Source of the DNA: Anthoceros angustus
Lineage: Eukaryota; Plantae; Anthocerotophyta
DNA: 64,000 nucleotides
Assembly (NCBI GenBank): GCA_010909165.1
Contig: VJWM01000282.1
Location: 1 to 64,000, forward strand
Reading direction: 5' to 3'
The position numbers and the translations under genes were made by a program. Numbering within the stretch: the stretch's first letter is position 1; the number at the start of each line of letters is the position of its first letter. Under the pieces are notes generated by a model, which saw only the letters and a program-made list of their open reading frames with translations, was not told the DNA's origin and did no database searches. Of this stretch, positions 48,883 to 60,760 are shown in pieces.

Positions 48883-50165
48883 AGCGATCGATGATGCAAC
48901 GGTGATGCGATCGGGATGCTCGACGAGGAATTAGAGGAAGTTAATGATGTACTTCAACGATGAGCGAGCCTACCGACGTTACCCTACACGTGAGCGTCGA
49001 CCTCCGACTACTATCATGCACCGACTTGTGATTACCTCTTCTCATGTGAAGGCTTATGCGCCGCCACATTAGATCCCATAGAGCCACCCTTATGAGGAAG
49101 CTCGGCCCGATCACAAGGAATGGAGAAAGGCAATCCGATTAATATGATTCTCTTATCGAGAATGGAACTTGGGAACTAGCAAAGTTGCCCAAGGCGACGT
49201 GTCATGTAAATGGGTCTTTAAATTGAAGGTCAAGGCGGATGGATCGTTTGATAGATACAAGGCCAGATTGGTTGCTAGAGGTTTCACACAAATTCCAGGT
49301 TTAGATTACCTCGAAACCTTTGCTCCTGTCGTCAAGCTTGCTACTTTTCGGACCATGTGTGCGATTGCTGCTGACAAGGACTACGAGCTGAGGATGTTTG
49401 ATGTGAAGACGGCTTTCTTGCATGGAATCCTTGATACAGAGATCTACATGCAACAGCCACCTGGTTATGAGGTTAACGGCAAGGAGGATTATGCTTGCAA
49501 ACTAATTAAGTGCCTCTATGGACTTAAGCGATCGATGATGCAACGGTGATCTTGATCGGATGCTACTCTTGACGAGGAATTAGAGGAAGTTAATGATGTA
49601 CTTCCTGGCGATGAGCGAGCCTACCGGCGTTACCCTACGTGAGCGTCGACCTCCGACTACTATCATGCACCGACTTGATTACCTCTTCTCATGTGAAGGC
49701 TTATGCGCCACATTAGATCCCATAGAGCCACAGTCTTATGAGGAAGCTCTCGTGCACGATCACAAGGAATGGAGAAAGGCAATCCGATTGAATATGATTC
49801 TCTTATCGAGAATGGAACTTGGGAACTAGCAAAGTTGCCCAAGGCGGCTGTGTCATGTAAATGGGTCTTTAAATTGAAGGTCAAGGCGGATGGATCGTTT
49901 GATAGATACAAGGCGGATTAGTTGCTAGAGGTTTCACACAAATTCCAGTTTAGATTACCTCGAAACCTTTGCTCCCGTCAAGCTTGCTACTTTTGACCAT
50001 GTGTGCGATTCTGTGACAAGGACTACGAGTGAGGATGTTTGATGTGAAGGCGGCTTTCTTGCATGGAATCCTTGATACGAGATCTACATGCAACACAGTT
50101 ATGAGGTTAACGGCAAGGAGGATTATGCTTGCAAACTAATTAAGTGCCTCTATGGACTTAAGCGA
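48883..50165. repeat. ~640-bp tandem duplication inside Copia-3 pol
   Basis: 48883-49526 vs 49527-50165; AGCGAT microhomology; copies differ by indels. Confidence 0.88.
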
Positions 50166-51523
50166 TTGCAATGAAATGGAATCGCCTTTGGACAAGGAGT
50201 TGCGAGCTCTAGGTTTTACAAAAAGTAAGGTACGACTTATACGTATACATCAAGAATGATGTAATCTGTTACTTAGTTTATGTCGATGACCTCATCCTTG
50301 CAAGCAACAGACTGGACTTTATCTCTTCGATCACGAATCTGTTGGCACAAAAATTCAAGATGTCAGACCTTGGACCTTTGCAAAGTTGCTTAGGAATACA
50401 CATTCAGCGCAACAGAGAAAAAAGGATCCTTACCATGACTCAGCCCCGATATCTCTGGAAAGTGCAGAGCAGTTAGGACTCAAAGATGCCAAATCGCAAC
50501 ACCTCTTCCAAGTGGTCTCAAGTTGAGCAAAGATATGCCCACATTACCCGAGAAGGACGATATGAGAAATGTGCCATACAGGCAAGGTGTGGGCAAACTC
50601 ATATATGCTGCCAATACAACACGACCAGAGGTAGCGTACTCGACAAGTGCTCTGTCCCAGTATCTCAAAAACCCTGGGCAGACACATTGGACTTGTGTTA
50701 AGAGAGTTTTCCGATATCTGAAAGGCACACCAAACAGGGGTATTGTGTATACTCACAAAGATGGTGTGGCAGACCTCGACGTGTACACCGATTCTGATTA
50801 TGCAGGTGACATAGATACGAGGAGGTCGGTTTGTTATGTGGTGAGCTATCTTTGGAGGACCTATTTGTTGGTCAAGCAAAAGCAACCAACAGGCACTCAA
50901 GCTGAGGCGAATACAGTACTTACTGCATGAAGGAGGTTATTTGGCTAAACTGCTGTTTTGAGCTTGGCATTGAGTTGCTTGCTTGCACAAAATCGAACCG
51001 ACAACCAAGGGTCAATTTCGCTAGCTGAAAATCCGCCTTCCACTCGGGACAAAGCATGTGGCGTTGGAATACCCGGATTAGAGAGCTACTAGCTGCAAGC
51101 ACAATATCTCGGAATACATAGCAACACAAGAAAACCCAGTGACATTTTCACAAAGGCTTTGGCGGGATCTACATGAGAAGCATGTAAAGTTTTTAGGCCT
51201 AGGTGACTCCTCGAGTCCCTAGGTAGTAGTGCATAAAGTCAAGTCATTCGGCAGCATTCTAGCTACGGCCGAAAGAAGAACATTCGTCTGTAGTCGTTGA
51301 AGTTTGTCTCATCACGAGACTTCAAAGAATAGGAATCCCCATCGGACTCGATTCTCCAGGCCTGTGACTCTCCTCCTCATCTTGAAGGATCGGCTGCTAT
51401 AGGAGGCGGTGGTTTTCCTCCACTCTCTCCTTGCACGGCCGAAATCTCGCCTTCGATTGGAGGCTCGATTCTTCTTCCAGCGTATGTTGGATCCCCGCCA
51501 CGATGGGAGCTTAGTGTAGCATC

Positions 51524-52126
51524 TCACATGCACAAGAAAAGATTGCAACGAGTATTGAAGCGGGATCTTACTATAAGTGCGACCACATGAAATGGGTAAG
51601 CCCAGCTGACCTTGACACGTCTCATCACGGCTTTGGTCGCCCACATAAACCCACCACGAGGGCTGCGGATGCTTGATGGAGCCATAAGAGGCGATCTGTC
51701 TCCTTGAGCAGTCTGCAGCTTAGGAAAGCTAGGCTCTTCACAGGGGTTAGTCTCATTCTCAGAAAAGCCGAAATCAGGATTAACAGCATGGGCTTTTACT
51801 CTTGTCGCTTTGGAGTGCGGATGAGGCGGCGCTGCGGCAGCGCCCATGGGCTCACTTGCTGCTGGCGTGGCGGCTCGCCTTGCTAGGACCTCCTTGGTCG
51901 TGCCTCGCGGCCTTCCACGAGGGCGATTACCTTCTGGTACCCCTGCAGCTGGAGTGCTCACATCGTGAGGAACCTGAGCAGTTGTTCTAGTTGTGGTAAA
52001 CCTGCCCATGCGGTCCCTAGGCTGATTTCTACGCTTGGGTGCTGGAGTCTCGGATGCAGGAGGCGAAGACATGATGCTCCTGCTTCTCGCACTCCTTAGC
52101 CACAGGACAATGAGAACTACACTCAA
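51524..52126 (-). CDS. Antisense ORF in the Copia-3 3' spacer with an AT-hook-like motif (RPRGRPRG)
   Basis: 200-aa ORF between RNase H and PPT; basic PKRRNQPR segment and GRP-core AT-hook. Confidence 0.45.
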   Translation of the reverse strand: MSVVLIVLWLRSARSRSIMSSPPASETPAPKRRNQPRDRMGRFTTTRTTAQVPHDVSTPAAGVPEGNRPRGRPRGTTKEVLARRAATPAASEPMGAAAAPPHPHSKATRVKAHAVNPDFGFSENETNPCEEPSFPKLQTAQGDRSPLMAPSSIRSPRGGFMWATKAVMRRVKVSWAYPFHVVALIVRSRFNTRCNLFLCM

Positions 52127-54278
52127 GCACAGGGCGTATGCTATTGTTGAGTAAGCGCACCTGGTGCGACCACTTCACCGGGTGTCTCCATGCTTTTATT
52201 CGCCAAGGAGTGGGCGTAAGCTCACTATGGTACTCGCGTGCAACTAGGGCGAATGAATGCCGCCACAAAAATCATTCAAGGGACAACACAAGGAACCCAA
52301 AAAGAGAAGACAAGTCATGATCAACAAGTGGGAGTGAAGGAATAATTATTGTTTATGTGTTGACTCATGCTAGGGTTATGTTACCTTAGTTTAGTTAACC
52401 TATCGATGTGTAAACTAGGTCTAGTCACCTAGTACCCTTTCGGTAGGGTTGTGACTCTTACGAGTAGACGTAACACTTGGTATCTTAATTAGGTTGTTTT
52501 AAGCATAAGCAAGGTACTCTTTTATTTGATCTTTCAATTCAATCAATAATGTAATTGTGTTTTATTAATTCAATTCACATAAAATCTTCAGATCCAAGGA
52601 GTGATAAGAAGAAGGATAGCCCGCCTAGAGCAGGACATCCAAGACCTACACTCACTGGATGCACAGTGGGAAGAGTGGATAGTACCCGAAGCGTCTTCAG
52701 AAGGTAAAAATAATCTGCAGTAATACTTGTTAGTTGAAAATACTAACCCTTAGATCAATTACTTGTCAGTTCACGATTTGATTTAACCTGTATGCTTCAT
52801 CCTTTTATCTTGACACATGTGCGACACTTCAGAAAAAAACTTTACACTGACCATGGATGCCTTGAAACATGTAAACAGACTCAGGTGGCGAAAACTAGCA
52901 AGCTAAGGAGTTAGCAGCTAGTAAAACTCCAAACTGAAGAATTGTGAAATTTTGTCAAAGGCCACCCAGAAGGCCCAAGTAGTAAAACTGTTAAATTAGA
53001 AATGAAACTCCCTAAGACCTAGAGACTCTAGGTGCTTAAAGTGCTTAATTTTAGGAAGAGCCTTAGTTAAAATATCAGCAGTGTTATCTTCTGTGCTGAT
53101 ATACTTAATCTTTACTATTCCTCTCTCGGGAACATCCCGGATGTAATGATGATAGAGCTCTATATGTTTAGTCCTAGCATGAAACCTAGGGTTAGCAACT
53201 AAAGCTATAGCACCCATATTATCACAAAACAAACTAGTAGGATCAGTTTGTGACTGATTTACAAAGTCAAGAAATTAACGTTCCCACTTTGCCTCCTTGC
53301 AGGCATCTGTCGGGACTTTGTACTCGGCTTCAGTAGAAGACAAAGCAAGAGAAGCTTGTTTCTTGCAACTCCAACTAACAGACCCAGAGGCTAGAAGGAA
53401 ACAATAAGCAGAGAGACTCTTTTGCGTATCAGCATTGGACGCCCAATGAGCATCGGCAAAAGAGGTCAGTAAAAGTGACTTGCTCCCACTTGCTGAATAT
53501 TGTAAACCAAAGGAAATAGTGCCCTTGATATAACGATAGATAAACATGACTGTCAGTGAGTGCGTCCGGGCTGTAAGCTGCGAAACCATACTAACACATG
53601 GGCGATGTCGGTCGAGTCCGGTTGGCGGGAAAATCAAACAGCAAGCGACCTACGCAGGAGCGGATGCCATATCTTTAAGATCTGCTGCACTCTGAGGAGC
53701 TTGATCTATACTAAGCTTTTCCCCCACTGCAGAGGGAGTCGTAATAGGTCTGGCCTCATCCATACGAAAGCGTTTAAGAATTTCTTTGATGTACTTAGTT
53801 TGATGAAGAATAATGTGACCTGCAGCCCTGTGACGCAAAATCTGGATGCCGAGACAGAGTGCAGATCCCCTTGATCAGTCATTTCAAACTCAGCACGAAG
53901 AACAACATAATATTCATATCGGCGGAATAATGTAAGCCGGTTATGAAAAAATTGCCGCCGCTTGGTACTTTTCATACAGTTACTAATTCACGACAAACAC
54001 GGCTCTTCGAAAGCACATGCGCCCGTGCTAAGCAATCATTCAGATTGCGATTTCAATTTTGTGTCCAAAGGTGTTTGAAATGAAGGTGCCAAGGTGCAGG
54101 GATGCTTCCTGCCAAGTGGCAATGCTCAGTTATAAGTAGAGTACGTCCGTTCAAATATATTGAAAAACGGCCTCAGGGCCAGACATATAACAACTTCCTA
54201 CTAGAAGATCCGGCATGTCATCAACTCCAAAGACAACGGCCCATCGACATACGATTGCGAGGAAAGCGTTTTAGCCAC

Positions 54279-55250
54279 CTAAGGAAGTGCAGGGTCTGAA
54301 GATTCAACTACACACAAACCGGCTTCGATATCGGGAACTAGGGTGACGTTTCTAAGACGTTCTTCATCTGTCTCTCCGAAAGAGTCAACAGCCATCATCG
54401 CCTGGGCGTCGTCGGCTTCCTTCCCGTCAACTTCAGAGGCTGAGTGCCATACAGCCTCTAGTGTCTGTTGCCCCTCATCTACAAGGTCTCCAGTCCTTTC
54501 TTTCATTCGCTTCGACCCTAGAGGCACAATTTGAGCCTTGCCAATATCCTTCTCGCTCAGGCAAACCTCCTTGGCCCAGAATTGTGATGGACCGCGACGA
54601 TGCGGCTCGTGGGTCAGCTCCTCCTCCGCATCCGGCAGCACTTCATATCCATGTACACGCTGTGGAATGAATTCTGCACACCTCTTGTCCGCCTCGATAG
54701 AAATACAATTGCGGCTAGACAACAAGGCAGCCATTAAAGATGACCCGCTACCTGCACATGCATCCAATATCCATTCCCCTTCCTTGGAGAATGTCTTGAT
54801 AAGCTTCATCATCAAACCTAAAGGCATTGGTAGGGACAAACAACAAGTTTGTCAAGTGAATGATAAACCGACTTTTCACAACTATGGTGGGCAATCAACC
54901 GACCATTATTGAAAGTGCCACCGCAAAACATTAGGTAACATCAATACTGGACCTCGAGCTCTTCTTACCGGCGGTGACATACTCCACCGTATCAAACCCA
55001 CCCTTGTCGTTGTTGACATTTGTCTTGTCCCACACAAATGAAACAAGACCACCCCTCTGGCACCACTTCGCATAGGCTCCACAATATGTGAATCTTCCAC
55101 ACCATGCATTATGATCATCTGACGCTCGCATTCAAGTCATGGAAGGAATGCAAAACATTACCACTTGCCAAATATCAAACCTTCCATCCTTTGGGCCCTT
55201 CTCGAATCCACGTGGACATCCATCACAAGCAAAGAGTAACTCCTCTTCCT
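54279..55250 (-). pseudogene. Beta-class N6-adenine/N4-cytosine DNA methyltransferase-like (N6_N4_Mtase-type), degenerate/intron-split
   Basis: PYQMPLGLMMKLIKTFSKEGEWILDACAGSGSSLMAALLSSRNCISIE matches the HPTQKP..L...LI..S...GD.VLDPF.GSG.T..AA...GR..IGIE block. Upstream FVWDKTN..VEYVTAG and a possible degenerate catalytic motif YSLLVMDVxxGF (~55200-55240). Confidence 0.75.
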
Positions 55251-56879
55251 CACAAAACCTCGCATATCACATCTCGAGCATGAATCATGCACTTTTTCTC
55301 CGGTGGGATGTGGTGCAACAATCCCTCTTCTATGTCTCTATCTGCGAGCTCTCTGCTCATCCTCAAGCCCTTCCAAGTGTTGACCTCATAAATGAACTGC
55401 TGAAAGTTTTCGGGGCACTTGGTAAGGACTTCAATGTCTTTTTGTTGCTGCACACAAAACAGGATGCTTGTCAATATTAGTGCATGTGGGAGGGAGGTCG
55501 CGGCATGCGCCTCCCTCACTTAGGGCCACATCCGGACGGGTTTGGGCGCTGGGCACCCTCCTCGAGCTACCTAAGCGCGGTGAGGCGCCCGGCATGCCGG
55601 CGACCCCTTCCCTGCATGGGCGGCCCGGCATCTGCGGACTATGCTGGCCGGGGGTGAGGAAGGAGGTGGCCGCATCTGCGCCCTCTCCTCCTCCTGTACC
55701 ATATAAACTTCAAAGAGAGTATGATAAAATACCTTTCCCTCGGCGATGCGGAACTGGCGACTACTCGCGTTGGGAATGTTGTGGGTACTCTTGCCTCACC
55801 ATCTCAAAAGATGAACATCCTAAGTGCTTCGCCATGGCCACTTGGATGATATGCAATTTCTTGCAATATAATTTCATCGACATTCCCTTCAAATCCATAA
55901 GGCCGGTGAGAACTTTCTCGTGGCACTAATAAGCATTTGTTGCCCGCTCTCCCGCAGAATGCCTTGAAAGCAACGCCATGGCTTTGTCGCATCTCCTTGG
56001 GCTTCACCAATATACCCTCAACTTGTTTCGTTTCTTCCTTGCTTTAGTTTGCCTTTGCTCTTTTGCTCAATCCTGCGCCACATGTTTCTTACATTACAAG
56101 TCACAAGCCTCCCACTTTGCAAAAATCTTGTCCACATTCTCCCTTCCTTCCAACCGCTATGCACAAGATGTCTCTGTTTCGACCTTGTTACATTTGTAGG
56201 CATCATCTTCCTTCATCATCTTGATAAGACCCAATACCTTATACAGTTGAACTTCCAATTCATGGACATATACCGCCATCCCGCTTGGCTATTAGCGATT
56301 CATCTAAGATATCTTACTTGCTCTATGAATGACATCTTCCCGTTTATCGAGACATGGTATTGTGATCGATCGCCAAAACCCTCATCTCACATGGTCGAGA
56401 CCACAATAGACATGTACTCTATCCATTTGAAACGCTCTTTCCTTTGGTGATATGTCCGCCAAATGTTGCATTTCGCAGTGTGTGGTTCCCTTAACACACC
56501 CATGATGTATTTCTTTGCCACGAACTTTTCCGGTCTAGGTCCTCTAGATCATCACACTCCTTGGGATCAATCATGCACAAAAGGCGATGCGCCCTTGTCA
56601 TGGCTACGAGCCGCGCCAGGTCGAGACACGGTGATGACTCTAGTGCGGTGTAATGACCATAAACCGCACTTAAGTTAAGTGTTTGCGACATCGATCAATC
56701 AAAGCCACAAAAACTCGAACCGTTTTGGGGCTCAAACATCCGTGTTGTTATTACCCCCTTATCTTACTCTACACTCTGGCGTGGTGCGACATGTGAGAAC
56801 TCCGCGCCTTGTTGCCCCTATTGGGCGGTCTGCGTCATTCATGAGCCGCCGCTTGGCCCCGTACTGGTTCGCTTGAGTG

Positions 56880-57010
56880 CTGCGGTGGCAAAACCAATGT
56901 ATACGGAATTGTTTTGAGCGGTGGTAGGCAAAAGACATGGTACCACTGCGTTGCATTTGTCATAAGTAGCATTAATTCGAGTCGAGAACACGGGCAGAAC
57001 CCACAAGGTA
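56880..57010 (-). other. PHD finger at the integrase C-terminus
   Basis: Across frameshifts: CGFC...LMLL(C)DKCN..WYHVFCL.PPLKTIP..HWFC. Confidence 0.75.
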
Positions 57011-59834
57011 GATCAATCGGTGGTCTCCATGCTTGCGGTTGTGTCCTTGTGTCAAGATTGGGCGAGATGGCATGGGGCCAAATGCCGCATGTGCTCTTAC
57101 ACCTTCGCCCATCCTGTCCTTCCAACTCAATCACCCCTTGTTCACCGGCGTGTACCACTCGCAAAATCAGCGCCCGGTGCTTACGTCCAAAGTGGTTGAG
57201 GGTCGATGCTGCAGATAAACAAAGTCACCCACCTCAAACTTCCTTGCTTTCGGTTTCCACGAACCTCCCCTGGTGAATGCATCCCGAAGCTGATCCCGGT
57301 GTTGGGCTATAGCTAGGTTGTCCATGGCCATTGGCATCACACATTGAAATAACCTGGCTCTTGCTTGCAATTCCGAAAGACATCCTTCAGGGTCCTGTGC
57401 CCAGTCCACGGGCCTGGAGTAAGTGTCTGCCACTATATTTGGCATGACTGCATTTCTGCCAAACATGATGTAATACGGACTGAAGTTGCCAAGAGCGGCT
57501 TGCACGCTGATTCGGTATCCCAGAGCCACATAAGGCAATAGCTCATCCCAACAACTGGGCTCAATCTCCATGCAATATTTTCGCAGCGAATCCTTGAAGG
57601 TCTGCACTAATCGCTCCACTTGACCCGACTGAGGGTGATCTCGGGGTTCGCTGTGATCTATCGGGCTTGATCCAGCGCACTGAAACTCTCCTCGAAACTC
57701 ATTGCCTTGGTCAGTTAGCACTTCAGCGCAACTACCATATCTGCTGAGAACACATTGCAGGAATGCTCGGGCGGTATACTACGAACTTCTAACTGGCAGG
57801 AAGGCCAATTCCACCCATTTTGAAAAATGCTCGATCATCAACATGCGGTATGCATTGCCACCTTGGTGATTGGTAGCTCGAGCATCAAGTCGACGGACCA
57901 TCGAAGAAGAGTCCCGATGGGCGTGAGTGCGGCACCACATCTGGTTGAACGCCTTAACGCATCACCGCGCGGCACACTTGGCCACCACCTTTTCAACATC
58001 GCATCCATGACCAAAAGTAGGCGTTCTTCAACATGTGATGCGTTCGTTTAACCCCAAAGTGGCCAAGCGTGATGTGCACCTTGGTTGCCAATTGCTTCCT
58101 CTCCCCTATGGGTGGTACCTCCTTGAGTACTCCACGATCTGTCACCCATACTTTGCCGTTTTCATAGGTGTAACGGTGATCTTCCGTTGTAATGTGTAGG
58201 GCCGAGGGTCCATACAGGATCATCCTTCCATGATGGCTGTGCTCATTACGCGGATATCTCTCCTCCCTCGGCCGGATGCCTTCCATCTTCTTGCTCTATG
58301 GACATGAGGGCCATGTAATAGGCATGCCTTGAGTGGATCCAAAGTCTGCCTTGCTCCGATCGCATCACCTTTGTCGCTGCGGGTTCCTGGAGTCGGCATT
58401 GAGATGCACTTTGCCCGCTCGATGCACAATGCATATCATCGAGAAGCAAAAGCGCCCATCGGCAAGTTTCCGCTCAATTTCATGTTTGTCATCGGCGATT
58501 GGGCGATGATCATCGATCAAGCTCCGACCAAACAAATACACTCGAAATGTAAAACCGCCCAAGCGGCCGCGGCATTCCCTTCATATGACGAGTAGTTTGC
58601 CTCGCGGCATTGTTGGACCTACTCGCGTGTCGACGACTCGCTCTGCCTTCCTCGTCTTTGAGCTAGCACAAGACCAGCCGCACTCCAATCCGTGTACAAG
58701 ACAAAAGGCTTCTCAAAGTCGCCTTTTAACATTGGCCTTTCCGCCATGTGGTTCTTCAATTCACGCTTGTTCTTGCTCTTGTTCCCATTGCGGGCACTCC
58801 TTCTTGAGCAATTCATACGATGCTTTGCACACACTACTCATGTTGCGGACAAAGCGGCGATAGTAGTTGACCGATCCCAAGAATGCCCTCAATGCGGCGT
58901 CTCGGGTCGAGGCATTAGATCAATTTGCGCACCTTAGCCAGCGAGGCACCCTCACGGAACTATCTTGTGTCCCAAGTATTCTATTTCCTTATATGCGAAC
59001 TTGCATTTTTGGATGTGCCTTTAATCCCGATCGGCCAACCTCGCGAATCTCCAGTGCTGGAGATGTTCTTCCAGTGTTGCTAAACACCAAGATGTCATCG
59101 ATGTAGCATCGTACAAGCGGCGATCCTGACTCCAAATCACCACCCTCGAAAATATATGAGCGTTCTTTAGACCAAAGCGGCATCGTTTCCCATTCCCAAA
59201 GTTGGTCTTTGCCCCGAGCTGTCTTGCACTTGTCTTCTCTTCGATGACAATCGATTGAAGCGATCGAAATCCAACGTAGTGAAATACTTGGCTGCCGATG
59301 GCATCGAAAATTTCATCCGGTGGGCATAGGATATCGTTCCATAAGCGTCACCTCATTGAGCACGATAGTCCCCACATCCTCCGGTCCTTCCATTCGCCAT
59401 TTTCATCCTTCTTCAATGGCAACACGGTAGCGGCGTCTTGTGAAGTGGACTTCCTAATTAGCCCGGTGCCGCCAATTCCTTGCATCTTCTTTCTCGATGT
59501 CCCACTCCATGGGACTCGGCTGTGCCTTCGAACACGGGTTCACTAGTGGTGGTGGTGATCTTGAATTTGATGCGATCATACCGCCTAGCTCATCGGTGAG
59601 CAGGCGTGTCGGTTTATTGCGCATATCCGGATCTCGTGTTGATCGGTTTCCTCTAGTTCCTCGCATATCTGCCACTCATGTGCTGAATTCACACCATCTC
59701 GGTTTTCTTGTATTGTCGCTGTTCCTGCGGTGTCTGCAGTGTGACCTTCTTCACGACGTTCTGTTGGAAACTCGCCTTCTTCGAGTACCAATAGGTGTGC
59801 CTCACCTTCCGTCTTGTACCTGCCCATTTGTGTG

Positions 59835-60760
59835 ACTAGCCCCACGTTCAATAACCAGCGCAGGCAAGTCAGATCGAATGCTTGTCCGAGCAACTTGCAG
59901 CGATATGTTTCGGAAATGCCTCGCGTGACAGTCCCATCGGTATCAAATCCCATGGCTCGTTCACGCTCGGCTACCGTGGGCTCACCTACCTCGTTTCCAG
60001 CGACATCCACCACCATGCCGTCCCCACCTCTGCGAAGGCATAAGACTGAGCAGTTCTTACGAGCGTGGGCCAGGCCCTTCTTGGCTTCCCAACCTTGTTT
60101 ACTGGAAAGCACGGCGGTTTGTCCATCCTTGCCGTGAGAACATCGCCTGTCCTAGAATCTCATCCACGCATCGTTTTACGGCTTGGTGGTTCACGATGTT
60201 GCCTCAACACCTCCACCGGTGATGTTGGTCCAAAACTCCGCGATGGGCATATGAACCCGTCTGGGCGACAATGACAAATTCCTCACCTAGCCACCATCTA
60301 AAATGTTCATAGCTCTTCACGATGTGCTCGCGTTTGTCTAATGCTCCAGACATTCTCCAATAGGTACCAGCAAGTTGGGTTGCTCATTGTATTTCCTTGA
60401 TCCACGATCGCCGCAGCCATCTCCACCGTCACCCTTTCCACAACCAGCTCTAAGCGTCCGCATTCCCATCCGCAATTAACACATCGACCGGACACCCATG
60501 GCTTTCAGCCCGTTTCCCCACCAAGCTAACATCGGACGGCGATGCCTCGACATCCCTTCACGCTTCCATGCTCAACGGCTGATATATGCTCTTTGCATCC
60601 GATGATCACAGACTTGCTCTGCCGTGCCTTCTCATCTATTTCGACACACGTGTATTTCTTTACTCGCATTCCACTCTTTATCGCTTCAAGCCCGCGATCC
60701 ACGAACACAACTCCATCGGATGTATGCCTCGCTCGTCGGGTTGCCACCGAATCACGGCCG
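59835..60760 (-). pseudogene. DNMT3-like C5-cytosine methyltransferase domain inside Gypsy pol
   Basis: Ordered motifs across frameshifts: I (ELCS..AGLEA..SGMRVKKYTCVEIDE), IV (PVDVLIAGWEC..RAG.GKG), VI (YLLENV), VIII (AQTGSYAHR..FWTNI), IX (ERERAMGF), X (RCKLLGQAFDLTCLRWLL). Confidence 0.85.

Larger units (their letters stand above)
45400..52590 (+). mobile_element. Full-length Ty1/Copia element (Copia-3), 256-bp LTRs, TSD GATCC
   Basis: LTRs 45400-45655 and 52335-52590 (TG...CA, ~5 differences). TSD at 45395-45399 and 52591-52595. PBS TGGTATC-GAGC at 45656; PPT AAGTGGGAG 52326-52334. Heavily frameshifted gag/INT/RT/RH (RLGHP, CEAC, VHLDLCGP, CKWVFK, TRPEVAY). Confidence 0.95.
44130..53900 (-). 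mobile_element. Older Copia (Copia-4) split by Copia-3: RT/RH remnants 52996-53900, 3' spacer, PPT and LTR start at 44324
   Basis: SSTEAEYK, RTKHIELYHH, ADILTKAL; CTCCCACTT (AAGTGGGAG on minus) abuts TCTAACA at 44318-44324; left LTR limit uncertain. Confidence 0.7.

Noticed and set aside
54279-55250. Bacterial contaminant restriction-modification gene
   Set aside because: Embedded between plant Copia and Gypsy sequence, decayed, with intron-like interruptions and no operon context.
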